NCBI GenBank assembly: GCA_965223335.1
Contig: OZ244991.1
Span: 2,080,001 to 2,144,000 of the forward strand
From: Thermodesulfobacteriota bacterium
GTDB lineage: Bacteria; Desulfobacterota_D; UBA1144; Nemesobacterales; UBA2774
Reading direction: 5' to 3'
DNA: 64,000 nt
The position numbers and the translations under genes are program-made. The notes under the pieces were generated by a model. That model was not told where the DNA came from. It saw only the letters and a list, made by a program, of their open reading frames with translations, and made no database searches. Of the stretch, positions 10,432-20,718 are shown in pieces. How positions within the stretch are numbered: position 1 is the first letter of the stretch; each line of letters starts with the position of its first letter.

Positions 10432-11166
10432 TCAGCCCTCTTTAACCCTTCCCTTTACAATCTCATAGAGTATGATACCTGCGGCAACAGAGGCGTTTAG
10501 GGACGAGGCGCGCCCATTCTCGGGGATGGACACAAGGAAATCACAGCTGTCCCGAATCCCCTTAGAGAGCCCCCTACCCTCACTCCCCACCACTAACGCT
10601 ACGTCGAGCGAGGAGAGCTTTTCTTGGTGGATCATTTTTTCGGCATCCGTGTCTCCGCCCACTATCCAGACACCCGATTTCTTGAGCTCCTCTATGGTCC
10701 TGCGTAGGTTTGTGACCCTAATCACAGGCAGATGGTGTGCTGTGCCGGCGGATGCTCTGATCACTGCGGGTGTGACGTTGGCTGCGCGGTCTTTTGGTAT
10801 GATCACAGCATCGGCTCCAAGTACATGAGAGGTGCGTATAATAGCTCCCAGGTTCTGCGGGTCCTCAATGTGATCTAGGATCACAAGCAATAGCTTAGAA
10901 TCTGAGCGCGATGATAATACATCTGAAAGCTCTGTGTATCGGAACTCTGTGACCTTGGCTGCTACTCCCTGGTGTGAGGGGGTTTCGGCAATTCGTGTGA
11001 CGGCGTCTTTGGGAAGGAACTTAACTCGTACTTTGCTGGTCTCGCAGAGTTTCAAGAGATCGCTATGTTTGCCTTTGGGGCCCTGTTTGATTAAGTAAAC
11101 CTCTTCAATGTCCCGGGGCCGTGAGGTGAGGATTTCGTAAACAGGGTTTTTACCGTAGATTATCAA
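10432..11166 (-). CDS. rlmB: 23S rRNA Gm2251 methyltransferase
   Basis: IYGKNPV, HQGV, DPQNLGAIIR, GSEGRG, SLNASVA SPOUT motifs. Confidence 0.92.
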   Translation of the reverse strand: MIIYGKNPVYEILTSRPRDIEEVYLIKQGPKGKHSDLLKLCETSKVRVKFLPKDAVTRIAETPSHQGVAAKVTEFRYTELSDVLSSRSDSKLLLVILDHIEDPQNLGAIIRTSHVLGADAVIIPKDRAANVTPAVIRASAGTAHHLPVIRVTNLRRTIEELKKSGVWIVGGDTDAEKMIHQEKLSSLDVALVVGSEGRGLSKGIRDSCDFLVSIPENGRASSLNASVAAGIILYEIVKGRVKEG

Positions 11167-11186
11167 ATATTGTGTCCGGTATATAT

Positions 11187-12554
11187 TTACTGGTCTTTGG
11201 TTTTGTTATCTTCTTTTGCTGTTTCTTTTACTTCACCGGCAATCTGTTTGATCTTGGATGTCACGTTGTCTCTAACCCACTTTGGGTCCCACCATTCTCT
11301 GGGGCGCACGGCTACACCGTTTATGTACACACCGTAGTGTAGGTGGTCGCCTGCCGCAAGCCCGGTCTCGCCGGTCCTGCCTATGATCTGTTTTTTCTTG
11401 ACCTCATCGTCTACATTCACATCTATGGTGCTAAGGTGGCTGTAGAGTGTGGTGATGCCCATGCCGTGGTCGATGATAACTGTGTTGCCATATATGCCGA
11501 GTTCGTCTGCGTAGACGATTTTACCCGAGTTGGCAGCTTCCACGGGGTAGCGTTTGGTAACAGCCAGGTCGTAGCCAAGGTGGTACTGCTGGTCTATGGG
11601 CTCGTCGTTGAGCATATAGGTTCTCTCGTCTGCGAAGTTGGCCTCTACCTTGGAGTTAGAGAGCTGGTGGAAGGCTTTGTCCCACATGATTTTGCCCTGG
11701 GATTCATTGCCCACACGTTTTATCTCGGCGTTGTTTTTAGCGCGAAGCTCGTTGTTTACGTTAAGGAATATCTCTTTTAGTGTGCCCCCCGATACCTCGG
11801 GGTCGGCGAGCGGCACCATGATGGAGTTTATGAAGTTTTCGCTGATCTTGATATTGCTCTTGCGGTAGTTCACTTTGCGCAGGACGTACGGGATCTGAGA
11901 AAAAGTGGTGTTGCCCGCAGTGTCTTCTGCTACGACGGTTATCTTATCGCTCTGCTTTGCGTTAAAGGGAAAGGCTATAAACGACAGGTAGATATCGTCG
12001 TCTTTAAAATGCCCCTTATGCCCCGGGAAAAATATGTCGCCTACCCACACCCCGCTTGCCTTGGTGTCGGGTGAGGATTTGTAGATCATGAGCCCCGAGC
12101 CCCCCTGATTGATATAGAGGTCGGGTGTGAGGACTGCTAGTTTTGGAGGGGTAAGGTCGAGTGAGATGTTTTTTATGACCTTGTTTCTGTTGCCCCTGAA
12201 TATCTTTATCCTCGATCTGTCGTCGGTGGTGACGATCAGCTGTGCACTGCCCTCTTTGATCCCAAGTGTTTTGGGGTCGAGCGTGACCTCTATGTTGTCT
12301 ACCTTAACACCCTCGGGATAGTCTTTCTGAATGAGTGTTTTGGAACCCTTATCGGTAACCAGCTCTACCTTGGTTTTTTTTAGTCCCTTACCCTTATCCA
12401 CTATCTCAATATCGAAGGGTTTAGTGCTGATACTGTCTGATTCGAGTCCGATATTTACCTGGGGCGCGCTCCATTCGATCTGTGGATATAGTAGTACCAG
12501 CCCCCCAATAATAAGTACCAGTAATAAGATGTATAGGTATGTTTTTACTGTCAT
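11187..12554 (-). CDS. M23 family metallopeptidase
   Basis: N-terminal TM; HLGYD, YGNTVIIDHG, YSHL, GDHLHY motifs. Confidence 0.92.
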   Translation of the reverse strand: MTVKTYLYILLLVLIIGGLVLLYPQIEWSAPQVNIGLESDSISTKPFDIEIVDKGKGLKKTKVELVTDKGSKTLIQKDYPEGVKVDNIEVTLDPKTLGIKEGSAQLIVTTDDRSRIKIFRGNRNKVIKNISLDLTPPKLAVLTPDLYINQGGSGLMIYKSSPDTKASGVWVGDIFFPGHKGHFKDDDIYLSFIAFPFNAKQSDKITVVAEDTAGNTTFSQIPYVLRKVNYRKSNIKISENFINSIMVPLADPEVSGGTLKEIFLNVNNELRAKNNAEIKRVGNESQGKIMWDKAFHQLSNSKVEANFADERTYMLNDEPIDQQYHLGYDLAVTKRYPVEAANSGKIVYADELGIYGNTVIIDHGMGITTLYSHLSTIDVNVDDEVKKKQIIGRTGETGLAAGDHLHYGVYINGVAVRPREWWDPKWVRDNVTSKIKQIAGEVKETAKEDNKTKDQ

Positions 12555-12599
12555 AGATAAGGTCTCCCGGTAGTGGTGTATAGTAAACCGCTTTAGGTC

Positions 12600-12884
12600 T
12601 CAGAAATAATTAGTAATTGTGTTTGGATACTCCGGAAAGTATCTCTCGATTACGGATAGGTCAAAGCTTCTCAAAATGGACTCTTTGGGCTCACGATCAA
12701 GTAAGAACTCGAAAGATTTTACTACAAGCTCTTTGGTGCCTATCTTGTCACCGGATATCTGCGATGCATATTCATCATTCACGGCTACAGTGTGAGTCGT
12801 GTGGGTCCCGCCCTCTCTGACCTCGACCACATAGGTATGAGTAGTGCTGTCGCTTGCGGATTCCGTAATCTCAATCTCTGGCAT
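12600..12884 (-). CDS. Conserved small hypothetical protein
   Basis: 94-aa ORF with SFEFLLDREPKESIL..FDL..I.RYFPEY, recognised as a conserved hypothetical family. Confidence 0.75.
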   Translation of the reverse strand: MPEIEITESASDSTTHTYVVEVREGGTHTTHTVAVNDEYASQISGDKIGTKELVVKSFEFLLDREPKESILRSFDLSVIERYFPEYPNTITNYF

Positions 12885-12993
12885 TTAATTGTACTTTTTG
12901 CTGCTGCTATTTTAAAATTAATTATAACCAACACAGTTAGCGGGACAAACAGATTTTATTGCAAGTCCGTTAATACGAGGTGTTGCAGACAAT

Positions 12994-13614
12994 ATGGACG
13001 AAAGCACATCAAACGGTAAGGGGCTCCGGATCGAAAGGTTTGATAGCAGGGAGCATGACATAGGTGTAGTAGCGGAGCTTATACTCGAGGGTGACGGTAC
13101 CAACGACGCGTTTAGGCACAATGGAGAGTCGGGGGAGTTTATAAAGAGTTTAATAGCTTCGGGTAATAACTGTCTTGGGCATGAGAATATCTATGTGAGC
13201 AGCGACTCCGGGCGGATAACTGGTGTGTTAGTTTGTTACCCAGGGCGGGGTTACGGCAGGCTGGGTGAGCTTGCGGCTTATTTCATATCAATGGGTTTTA
13301 TTGATTTCATCGCGTATCTATTATCGTCGGCTTATTTTCTGCATGCGGGGTTCACTCCGGACCTAACCGACCGTGATTACTATATAAGTGTGCTTGTGGT
13401 TGAGAACTCGTACAGGCAAAGGGGGGTTGGTTCCAGCCTGCTCGCCTACGCGATAGAGCTAGCCCGGCAGAAAGCTTTGGAGAGAGTGGTGCTGCATGTC
13501 AATGCCCAAAACACTCAAGCGATTGGGTTTTATGAACACCACCAGTTTTCTGTCATTATACAAGACAAAGAGAGCAATGACGGTAACTATAAGATGGTTC
13601 GTGAACTGAATTAG
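12994..13614 (+). CDS. GNAT family N-acetyltransferase
   Basis: YRQRGVGSSLL acetyl-CoA motif; N..AIGFYE. Confidence 0.88.
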   Translation: MDESTSNGKGLRIERFDSREHDIGVVAELILEGDGTNDAFRHNGESGEFIKSLIASGNNCLGHENIYVSSDSGRITGVLVCYPGRGYGRLGELAAYFISMGFIDFIAYLLSSAYFLHAGFTPDLTDRDYYISVLVVENSYRQRGVGSSLLAYAIELARQKALERVVLHVNAQNTQAIGFYEHHQFSVIIQDKESNDGNYKMVRELN

Positions 13615-13628
13615 TATAGGGTTTGGGT

Positions 13629-14555
13629 ATGGCTCGGATACAAAATGAGTTTAGCTGGTCTAACTCAAGAGACCACATATTCCGTGAGTGCAAACGTAAG
13701 TACTACTATAACTACTACGGTTCTTGGGGAGGCTGGGAAAAGGACAGTGCGGATGAGGTCACGAGGGGACTCTATGTGCTCAAAAACCTGCAGAACCGCT
13801 GGCAGTGGAAGGGAAGCGTTGTACATAACGAGATCGCGATGGTGCTGCGCGAGCTCACAACTACACGGAGGCTCGTAGATTATGAGCTGTCGGAAAAACG
13901 ACTATCGAGCTCTATGAGGGAGGGGTTCAGGGAGTCGCGCACAGGCGGGTATTGGGAGAAAAGCGGGGGGCTGCGGGACCATACAGCACTATTTGAGCAT
14001 GAGTACAAATTGGATATACCGGACGGGGACTGGAAAAAGAACTACGATGAAGCCGTATTGTGTTTGGAGAATTTTTTTAAATCGTCAGTGGTCGATAAAT
14101 TGAGTGATAATAACAACATACACATTGTCACAGTGGATAGTATAAAACCGACCTCGTTCGATTTTAGGGGGGATATGATCTATGTAAACCTCGACTTTGC
14201 CTACAGTGAAGACGATGTGTTAAATATTGTGGATTGGAAAACGGGTTCGACTGAGAGTGAGGAGATGCAGTTTCTGGTCTATTGTATCTACGGTGAGAGG
14301 GTGCTCGGTTACCCACTCGACAAAATAGAGCTTTTGGAATATAACCTGTTACTAGATAGTGCCATACCACATAGTTACAACGAGGCCGATATAAAGGAAG
14401 CCGAGGTATCTATTGAGAGGAGCATTCGGGGGATGAAAAGCTATTTAACTGATGTTGATACGAACCTGGCGCAGATGGCCAGATTTCCTAAAACCGAGGA
14501 CCAAGACAGGTGTAATAGCTGTAATTTTAAAAACATATGTTTAGATTTACCCTAA
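13629..14555 (+). CDS. PD-(D/E)XK nuclease family protein (RecB/AddB-like, Fe-S staple)
   Basis: FSWSNSR...ECKRKYY, LDFA...IVDWKTG, C-terminal CxxC..xC; ATG at 13629 preferred over TTG at 13623. Confidence 0.85.
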   Translation: MARIQNEFSWSNSRDHIFRECKRKYYYNYYGSWGGWEKDSADEVTRGLYVLKNLQNRWQWKGSVVHNEIAMVLRELTTTRRLVDYELSEKRLSSSMREGFRESRTGGYWEKSGGLRDHTALFEHEYKLDIPDGDWKKNYDEAVLCLENFFKSSVVDKLSDNNNIHIVTVDSIKPTSFDFRGDMIYVNLDFAYSEDDVLNIVDWKTGSTESEEMQFLVYCIYGERVLGYPLDKIELLEYNLLLDSAIPHSYNEADIKEAEVSIERSIRGMKSYLTDVDTNLAQMARFPKTEDQDRCNSCNFKNICLDLP

Positions 14556-14594
14556 ATGATGGTATTAATTATGTTAAACTAGGTTATTAAGAAC

Positions 14595-15938
14595 ATGGCA
14601 GAACTCGTTAAAAAAGTGAGCAATTTTTTCACCAAGGGGCTATGGCTTGTAGACCTAAACAGCCTGACTAATTTTAAGGCCTGGTTGGTTTACATGCTGC
14701 GCCTAATCTATGCTACGGTGAGTGAGTTTATACATAATGAGCTCACACTAAGGGCAATGGGGCTTGTTTATACAACACTACTATCACTGGTCCCACTGCT
14801 TGCATTCAGTGTTTCACTGCTAAAGGCGTTTGGGGTGGTCGAGAATAAGCTCGAGCCGTTCTTGCAGAAGTTTTTGGCCCCTCTGGGTGAGAATGGAGCC
14901 GAGATAAGTGCCAAGATCATGGAGTTCATATCCAATATGAACTTCGGTGTGCTCGGTGTTGTGGGACTGCTGATGCTTATCTACACCTCGATTTCGCTCA
15001 TTAAGAAGATCGAGGACTCGCTTAACCACATATGGAAGGTAAAAAAAGGCCGGAGTATAGCACGGATGTTTAGCGACTACCTGAGTACTATGCTTATAGG
15101 GCCGTTGTTTATGTTTTTAGCCATCGGTTTGACGGCATCACTCCAGAGTCATGCCATAGTACAGAAAATACTTGCCATTGAGCCCCTGGGAAGCATAGTG
15201 ATTCTGGCCGGTAAATTGGTACCATACCTCTTTGTGTTCTTGGTGTTCACCTTTGTATACATAATCTTTCCCAATACTAAGGTGTTTTTTAGGTCGGCCT
15301 TTATCGGCGGTGCAGTTGCCGGGATAGCCTGGCAGACAACGGGTTGGGTGTTTACATGGACAGTTGCAAAGTCCACACGCTACGCGGCCATCTACTCGAG
15401 CCTGGCTGTGCTTATTCTGTTTATGCTCTGGGTCTATGCGAACTGGATCATATTGCTTGTGGGCGCACAGATCTCTTACTGTCACCAAAACCTAAAGCAC
15501 CTAAACCTGAGCCACGAGTTGTTTCAACTGACAGGAAAGCTGCGCGAAAAATTGAACCTTACAGTCATGTATCTGATCGGGGATAGCTACTATAAGAGCC
15601 AAACGCGCTGGAGCCTGGATAACCTGGCCAACCATATAGGCGTGCCGTATGATTCGGTTGAACAATCTATAGGCGAGCTTGTGGGCTATAATCTTTTGAT
15701 AGAGGTAAATGAGGACCCGCTCACATATATACCTGCGAGGGACATTGAAAACATCAAGGTGAAAGACATTATAGATTCTGCAAGGACCAAAAAGGACACA
15801 GAAGCCATAGATAATATTTACCTAAACGTCCCTGAGGTAGACGCCGTATCCACAGAGGTGGAGGATGCGGTCCGAGACACTCTGGGAGATCTATCGCTAA
15901 GGGATATTATCACACGCCATAAGAGCCTAGCTCGCTAG
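14595..15938 (+). CDS. YihY/BrkB family membrane protein with C-terminal winged-helix extension
   Basis: LVYTTLLSLVPLL, IEDSLNHIW, IYSSLA...LWVY..WIILLVGAQ. Confidence 0.9.
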   Translation: MAELVKKVSNFFTKGLWLVDLNSLTNFKAWLVYMLRLIYATVSEFIHNELTLRAMGLVYTTLLSLVPLLAFSVSLLKAFGVVENKLEPFLQKFLAPLGENGAEISAKIMEFISNMNFGVLGVVGLLMLIYTSISLIKKIEDSLNHIWKVKKGRSIARMFSDYLSTMLIGPLFMFLAIGLTASLQSHAIVQKILAIEPLGSIVILAGKLVPYLFVFLVFTFVYIIFPNTKVFFRSAFIGGAVAGIAWQTTGWVFTWTVAKSTRYAAIYSSLAVLILFMLWVYANWIILLVGAQISYCHQNLKHLNLSHELFQLTGKLREKLNLTVMYLIGDSYYKSQTRWSLDNLANHIGVPYDSVEQSIGELVGYNLLIEVNEDPLTYIPARDIENIKVKDIIDSARTKKDTEAIDNIYLNVPEVDAVSTEVEDAVRDTLGDLSLRDIITRHKSLAR

Positions 15939-16943
15939 TTATTTATTGCACCTGAGCTTTCCGTTGTCGTTCCAAATCCCTTTGCTGCAGTACTTGTACT
16001 TGATACTCGAGTGTTTGTACTTGCCTTTTGAGTCTTTGCATTTGGCCTCGAGTATGTCGCCTTTCATGTAGAAATCTTTGCATGTGTTCTTGTAGCTGCC
16101 TTTGGGGAGTTTCGCCGTGTTTTGAGTGTCGCATGCGAGTCTGCCGTTGATATTGGCTATATCTCCCTTGCAGTTCTTATAGTTCATCGAGGTCCTTGTC
16201 CAGCTGCCGTTATTTTTTTGGCACTCGGCTTTTAATTTATCGCCGTCGATCCTAAGGTCTCTGCAGCTGTATATGTAGCTGCCCTCGGGGAGGTTGGGAG
16301 CGTATTTGGATTCGCATGTGAGCTCGCCGTTTATGTTGGATATATCACCTATGCATTTCCTAAAATTGAGCGAGGTGTTTTTCAGGATACCTTTTTTGGT
16401 GAGGCACCGGGCCTTTAACTGGTTGCCCTCAACGTAGTAGTCCTGACAACTCTGTTTATAGCTGCCCCTGGGGACCGGCCCGCCCCTCTTTTTGCAGCGT
16501 AACTCGCCGTTCTCATTGTATATATCGCTTGCGCACTGCTTGTAGTTAATTTTGGTATTGTTCCACACACCGTTTTCTTTCCGACACTTTGCCTTAAGTT
16601 TGTTGCCGTCGAGCTTAATATTTTTGCAGGAGTTCTTATAGGTGCCGGCGGGGATAACATTTTTCGGTTTGGGGTGTGAGCTTCTCTTCTGCACACAGTT
16701 AAGCTCACCATTATTGTTGCGGATATCGCCCTCGCACTTTGTGTAGTTTATTTTCGTGGTGTTTCTAGTGCCGTCGGCTCTTGTACATTTTGCAACAAGG
16801 TTTGATCCGATGACCTGTGCGGCCACACAGCTATCCTGATAGCTGCCTTTGGGGAGCTGGTGCTGGGCTTGAGCGGATGTATGTAGGAAGTAAATAGTGC
16901 TAAATACTGTTAAGATGATCAAAATTGTTTTTAAACGACTCAT
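15939..16943 (-). CDS. Secreted protein with five cyanovirin-N-homology (CVNH)-like repeats
   Basis: Signal peptide from ATG 16943 (GGAGG RBS), then 5 repeats of P.GSY..SC...L.A.C...G......Y..C.GDI.N.NG.L.C. Confidence 0.8.
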   Translation of the reverse strand: MSRLKTILIILTVFSTIYFLHTSAQAQHQLPKGSYQDSCVAAQVIGSNLVAKCTRADGTRNTTKINYTKCEGDIRNNNGELNCVQKRSSHPKPKNVIPAGTYKNSCKNIKLDGNKLKAKCRKENGVWNNTKINYKQCASDIYNENGELRCKKRGGPVPRGSYKQSCQDYYVEGNQLKARCLTKKGILKNTSLNFRKCIGDISNINGELTCESKYAPNLPEGSYIYSCRDLRIDGDKLKAECQKNNGSWTRTSMNYKNCKGDIANINGRLACDTQNTAKLPKGSYKNTCKDFYMKGDILEAKCKDSKGKYKHSSIKYKYCSKGIWNDNGKLRCNK

Positions 16944-17107
16944 ATTAACCTCCGGGCTTGTATTGTTAATTAACACTTTAACGCTCGACGTTTTAAAGTC
17001 AATCTGTTCTTGGATTATCTGTCTCTCACCACTGGTTGAGTATCCGATTAGTTGATATGAGGATACCTATTAGTAGAAACCTAGAAACTTTTTAAATTGT
17101 TTCAGTC

Positions 17108-19564
17108 ATGTATAATCAGGGACTTAATAAATCACAGTCGGCTGGAGTTCTCTTGAGGCTACCTGCTCGCTTAACTCTCAGTATTTTTCTCTTTACCGCT
17201 ATAATTCTGCTCTCGGCAGTTACCCGAGCCAACAGCACCAACATAGGAGTGGTTTTTGATGGCAGTTCCGAGCTAAACCGGATGACCCTCGAAACTTATA
17301 TAAAGGAGATAAAGGACCTCACGGAAGGGGAGTTCACCGTGGATTTTCCCAAGGACAAGATCCTTGAGGCCGACTGGACTGCAACCGGAGTAAGAACCGC
17401 TATCGATAAGTTACTAAACGATCCCGGGGTTGATATTGTAATCACCATAGGTGTCATAGGCTCCACTGAGATTGCAAAGAGAACCAACCTGCCAAAACCC
17501 GCTATAGCACCATGGATCATAGACAGCAAACTGCTTGGGCTGCCTGAGAACGCCGAGGGGACAACGGGGATTCATAACCTGTACTATCTGGCCTCGCCCA
17601 CTACTCTTGCCAGAGACATAATAGCGTTTAAAGAGATAGTGGAGTTCGATAACATGGCACTTGTCTTTATGCCGATTGTTACAGAGCTTGTACCAGATAT
17701 AGAGGATTACGTTATTCAGGTTGCAAGGGAGAGCGGGGTAGAGATTTTTCTTATACCTGTCACGGGTAGTGTTGATGAGCTCTTGGCGATTATCCCGCCC
17801 GATACCGAGTCTGTGATGGTGACACCGATACTGCAGTATTCCTCAGAGGAGATCGAGCAGCTCTACGACGGCCTCATCCAAAGGGGCCTGCCCAGTTTTT
17901 CTATGCTCGGGAGGACTGAGGTGGAACAGGGTGCACTCATAGGGCTTACACCCGAGCTCAACATTACACGTCAGGCTCGTAGGATTGCCCTTGCGATACA
18001 AAGCATACTGCTTGGGGATGACCCGGCCAACCTGCCGATTGAGTTTAGCGAACAGCAAAAACTGACAATAAACATGGCCACGGCAAAGGCAATAAACTTC
18101 TATCCCAAGTGGGAGGTGATGACCGATGCCGACCTCATTGAGGAAGAGCCTTTAGACACGGGCCAGGAGCTTACACTCGACGGTGCCGTCTTGGAATCGG
18201 TTAGAGTGAACCTGGATCTATTGGCTGCAGATAAGTTTGTGTCCGCAGGTGCCCAGGATGTGAAAAGAGCGATTGCAGAGCTACTGCCCCAATCGGATAT
18301 ATTCCTCGAAAACAGATATATTGACAAGGACAGGGCCCGGGCCAGTTTTGGCACCCAACCCGAACGCTCGATAAGCGGCGGTGCCAACGTCTCGCAGCTT
18401 ATTTACTCGGACCGTGCGTGGTCTAACCTGACCGTACAAAAGCGTCTGCAGGAGGCGCGCGTCTATAACCGAAACGAGATCCGCCTTGACATTATCGCTG
18501 CTACCGCCATAGCATACCTAAATGTTCTGAGGGCTAAGACCATTGAGCGGATACAAAAGGATAACCTCAAACTGTCTAAGTCTAACCTAGAGATTGCCAA
18601 GGTGCGCCGCGACATCGGTGTGGCAAGCCCCGCCGAGGTGTACCGTTGGGAGAGCGAGATATCGAGCGACCGGATAGATGTGGTGAGTGCCGAGGCCACG
18701 AGAAAAAACACAGAGATTCTTGTAAACAGGCTGCTGCACCGCCCACTTAGCCTCGAGTTTCGCACCCAAGAGACAGGGCTAGGGGATAAAACGCTCATAG
18801 TAAGCGACCCGAGGCTGGATAAATATGTGGATAACCCGGGTTCTTTTGAGGTGTTTATGGATTTTATGGTTACCCAAGGGTTTTTGCAGTCGCCCGAGAT
18901 AAAGAGCCTCGACTCCCAGGTCGGCGCCCAGGAGCGCATACTTAAGTCGAGTCAGAGAGCGTTTTGGATACCTACTTTTTCTGCGTTTGGAGAGATAAGG
19001 CAGTTTTTTTACGAGGGGAGTGCAGGGGGTGAGATCAACACGGGTGACCTGCCGTTTACAATACCCAGTGTGGACGATACCGAGTGGATTGTTCAGTTCC
19101 AGGCCACTTTTCCGCTGTTTAGGGGCGGGGCCAAGATCGCAGAGTATAAACAGGCCCGAGAGGAGCTTTCAAGGCTTAGAATCGAGCGTGACTCTACATC
19201 GGAGAAGGTGGAGGAAGAGATACGTACCTCGCTCAATAATGCAGGGGCATCGTTTCCGAGCATTGGTTTTGCCGAGGATGCATCGAGTGCGGCTAGAAAA
19301 AACCTGGAGCTTGTAACGGACTCGTACTCGAGGGGTGTGGTGTCGATCATAGACCTGCTGGATGCGCAGAACGCCGCACTCGCGGCCGACCTAAACGCCG
19401 CAAACGCCGTATATGACTTTTTAATCGATCTCATGAATGTGCAGCGCTCTGTAGGCCGGTTCGATTTCTTTATGAATATGGTGGATCGTGACGAGTGGTT
19501 TAGGAAACTGGAAACTTTTTATAATGATGCAGTGAGTAAGCGTGAGAATGGACAACAAAATTAG
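17108..19564 (+). CDS. TolC-family outer membrane efflux protein fused to an N-terminal ABC-type substrate-binding-like domain
   Basis: N-half ends in the ABC_sub_bind-like LTINMATAKAI; C-half has OEP repeats (AYLNVL, YSRGVVSIIDLLDAQ). Confidence 0.82.
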   Translation: MYNQGLNKSQSAGVLLRLPARLTLSIFLFTAIILLSAVTRANSTNIGVVFDGSSELNRMTLETYIKEIKDLTEGEFTVDFPKDKILEADWTATGVRTAIDKLLNDPGVDIVITIGVIGSTEIAKRTNLPKPAIAPWIIDSKLLGLPENAEGTTGIHNLYYLASPTTLARDIIAFKEIVEFDNMALVFMPIVTELVPDIEDYVIQVARESGVEIFLIPVTGSVDELLAIIPPDTESVMVTPILQYSSEEIEQLYDGLIQRGLPSFSMLGRTEVEQGALIGLTPELNITRQARRIALAIQSILLGDDPANLPIEFSEQQKLTINMATAKAINFYPKWEVMTDADLIEEEPLDTGQELTLDGAVLESVRVNLDLLAADKFVSAGAQDVKRAIAELLPQSDIFLENRYIDKDRARASFGTQPERSISGGANVSQLIYSDRAWSNLTVQKRLQEARVYNRNEIRLDIIAATAIAYLNVLRAKTIERIQKDNLKLSKSNLEIAKVRRDIGVASPAEVYRWESEISSDRIDVVSAEATRKNTEILVNRLLHRPLSLEFRTQETGLGDKTLIVSDPRLDKYVDNPGSFEVFMDFMVTQGFLQSPEIKSLDSQVGAQERILKSSQRAFWIPTFSAFGEIRQFFYEGSAGGEINTGDLPFTIPSVDDTEWIVQFQATFPLFRGGAKIAEYKQAREELSRLRIERDSTSEKVEEEIRTSLNNAGASFPSIGFAEDASSAARKNLELVTDSYSRGVVSIIDLLDAQNAALAADLNAANAVYDFLIDLMNVQRSVGRFDFFMNMVDRDEWFRKLETFYNDAVSKRENGQQN

Positions 19565-19569
19565 AGCGG

Positions 19570-20718
19570 GTGGTAAAAATGGGCCTCTATACTAGATGTT
19601 TGGGATTACTATTTGCAATTGGACTTAGCTTAACGGCACTATCCTGCGGCGGCGGGGGCGAGGAGCAGGGAGAGGCGCTTAGACCGGTTAGATATACCAA
19701 AGTCTCTACCATGGGTAACGGGAGGATAAGGAATTTTACCGGGATTGCACGGGCGGGTGTCGAGTCTAAGCTTAGCTTTAAGGTAAGCGGTACAATATCG
19801 AACCTGCCGATTACACTTGGAGATCATGTGCAAAAAGGTGAGCTTATCGCAGAGATAGACCCAAGCGACTACCTGGTGCAGAAACAAGAAGCCGAGGCAT
19901 CGCTGCTAAGCGCTCAGGCCACAGCAAGGAGCTCGGGCGCCGACTATAACCGTGTAAAAGCGCTTTATGAGAACAACAACGCTTCGCGTGGCGAGCTCGA
20001 TAACGCAAGGGCAATGGCCGAGTCGTCAAACGCACAGGTGGGTGCCGCCAAAAAGCGCTTGGAACTGGCTGATCTACAGCTTAGCTACACAAGGCTCCAC
20101 TCCCCTGTGGATGGGGGAATAGCTGAGGTCTTGGTAGAGGTTAACGAGAACATATCGTCGGGCCAGACCATAGCGACCGTAACATCCGGATCTAACCCCG
20201 AGGTCACGGTTGGTGTGCCCGAGATACTGATTGCGGATATGATAAGCGGCAGCGAGGTCGCAGTGAGGTTCGATGCCATACCCGATAGAACTTACAAGGG
20301 AGTTATCACCGAGGTCGGGGTGGCATCGATGCGTCTTGCCACCACATTCCCCGTAACTATCTCGATAGAAAAGGTAGACGACCGCATCCTGCCCGGTATG
20401 GCTGCCGAGGTAGCGTTTGAATTTAAGTCGGATGAGGACGCTGAGTACATCGTAGTGCCTACTGTATCGGTGGGTGAGGATAAATTGGGGAGATACGTAT
20501 ATGTGCTCGAGACCGGGGACACAGAGAATAAAGAGGGTAACGGCTACAGAGTAGCCGTAGCCAAAAGAAAAGAGGTTGTTACAGGCGGGATTACGCCCGA
20601 GGGCATAGAGATTCTCGAGGGTTTAGACGGCAGTGAACTGGTAGTGACAGCAGGTGTGAGGCGAATCACAGACGGCCAACAAGTAAAGCTTACCTATGAA
20701 TTTAAAGACAATCCATGA
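19570..20718 (+). CDS. RND efflux membrane fusion protein (lipoprotein)
   Basis: LSC lipobox, LSFKVSG, YTRLHSPVDG, ILPGMAAEV. Confidence 0.92.
   Translation: MVKMGLYTRCLGLLFAIGLSLTALSCGGGGEEQGEALRPVRYTKVSTMGNGRIRNFTGIARAGVESKLSFKVSGTISNLPITLGDHVQKGELIAEIDPSDYLVQKQEAEASLLSAQATARSSGADYNRVKALYENNNASRGELDNARAMAESSNAQVGAAKKRLELADLQLSYTRLHSPVDGGIAEVLVEVNENISSGQTIATVTSGSNPEVTVGVPEILIADMISGSEVAVRFDAIPDRTYKGVITEVGVASMRLATTFPVTISIEKVDDRILPGMAAEVAFEFKSDEDAEYIVVPTVSVGEDKLGRYVYVLETGDTENKEGNGYRVAVAKRKEVVTGGITPEGIEILEGLDGSELVVTAGVRRITDGQQVKLTYEFKDNP

Noticed and set aside
13629..14555. Possible Cas4 / CRISPR locus
   Set aside because: It has a Cas4/AddB-like Cys staple, but there are no cas genes or repeat-spacer array anywhere in the window; treated as a solo PD-(D/E)XK nuclease
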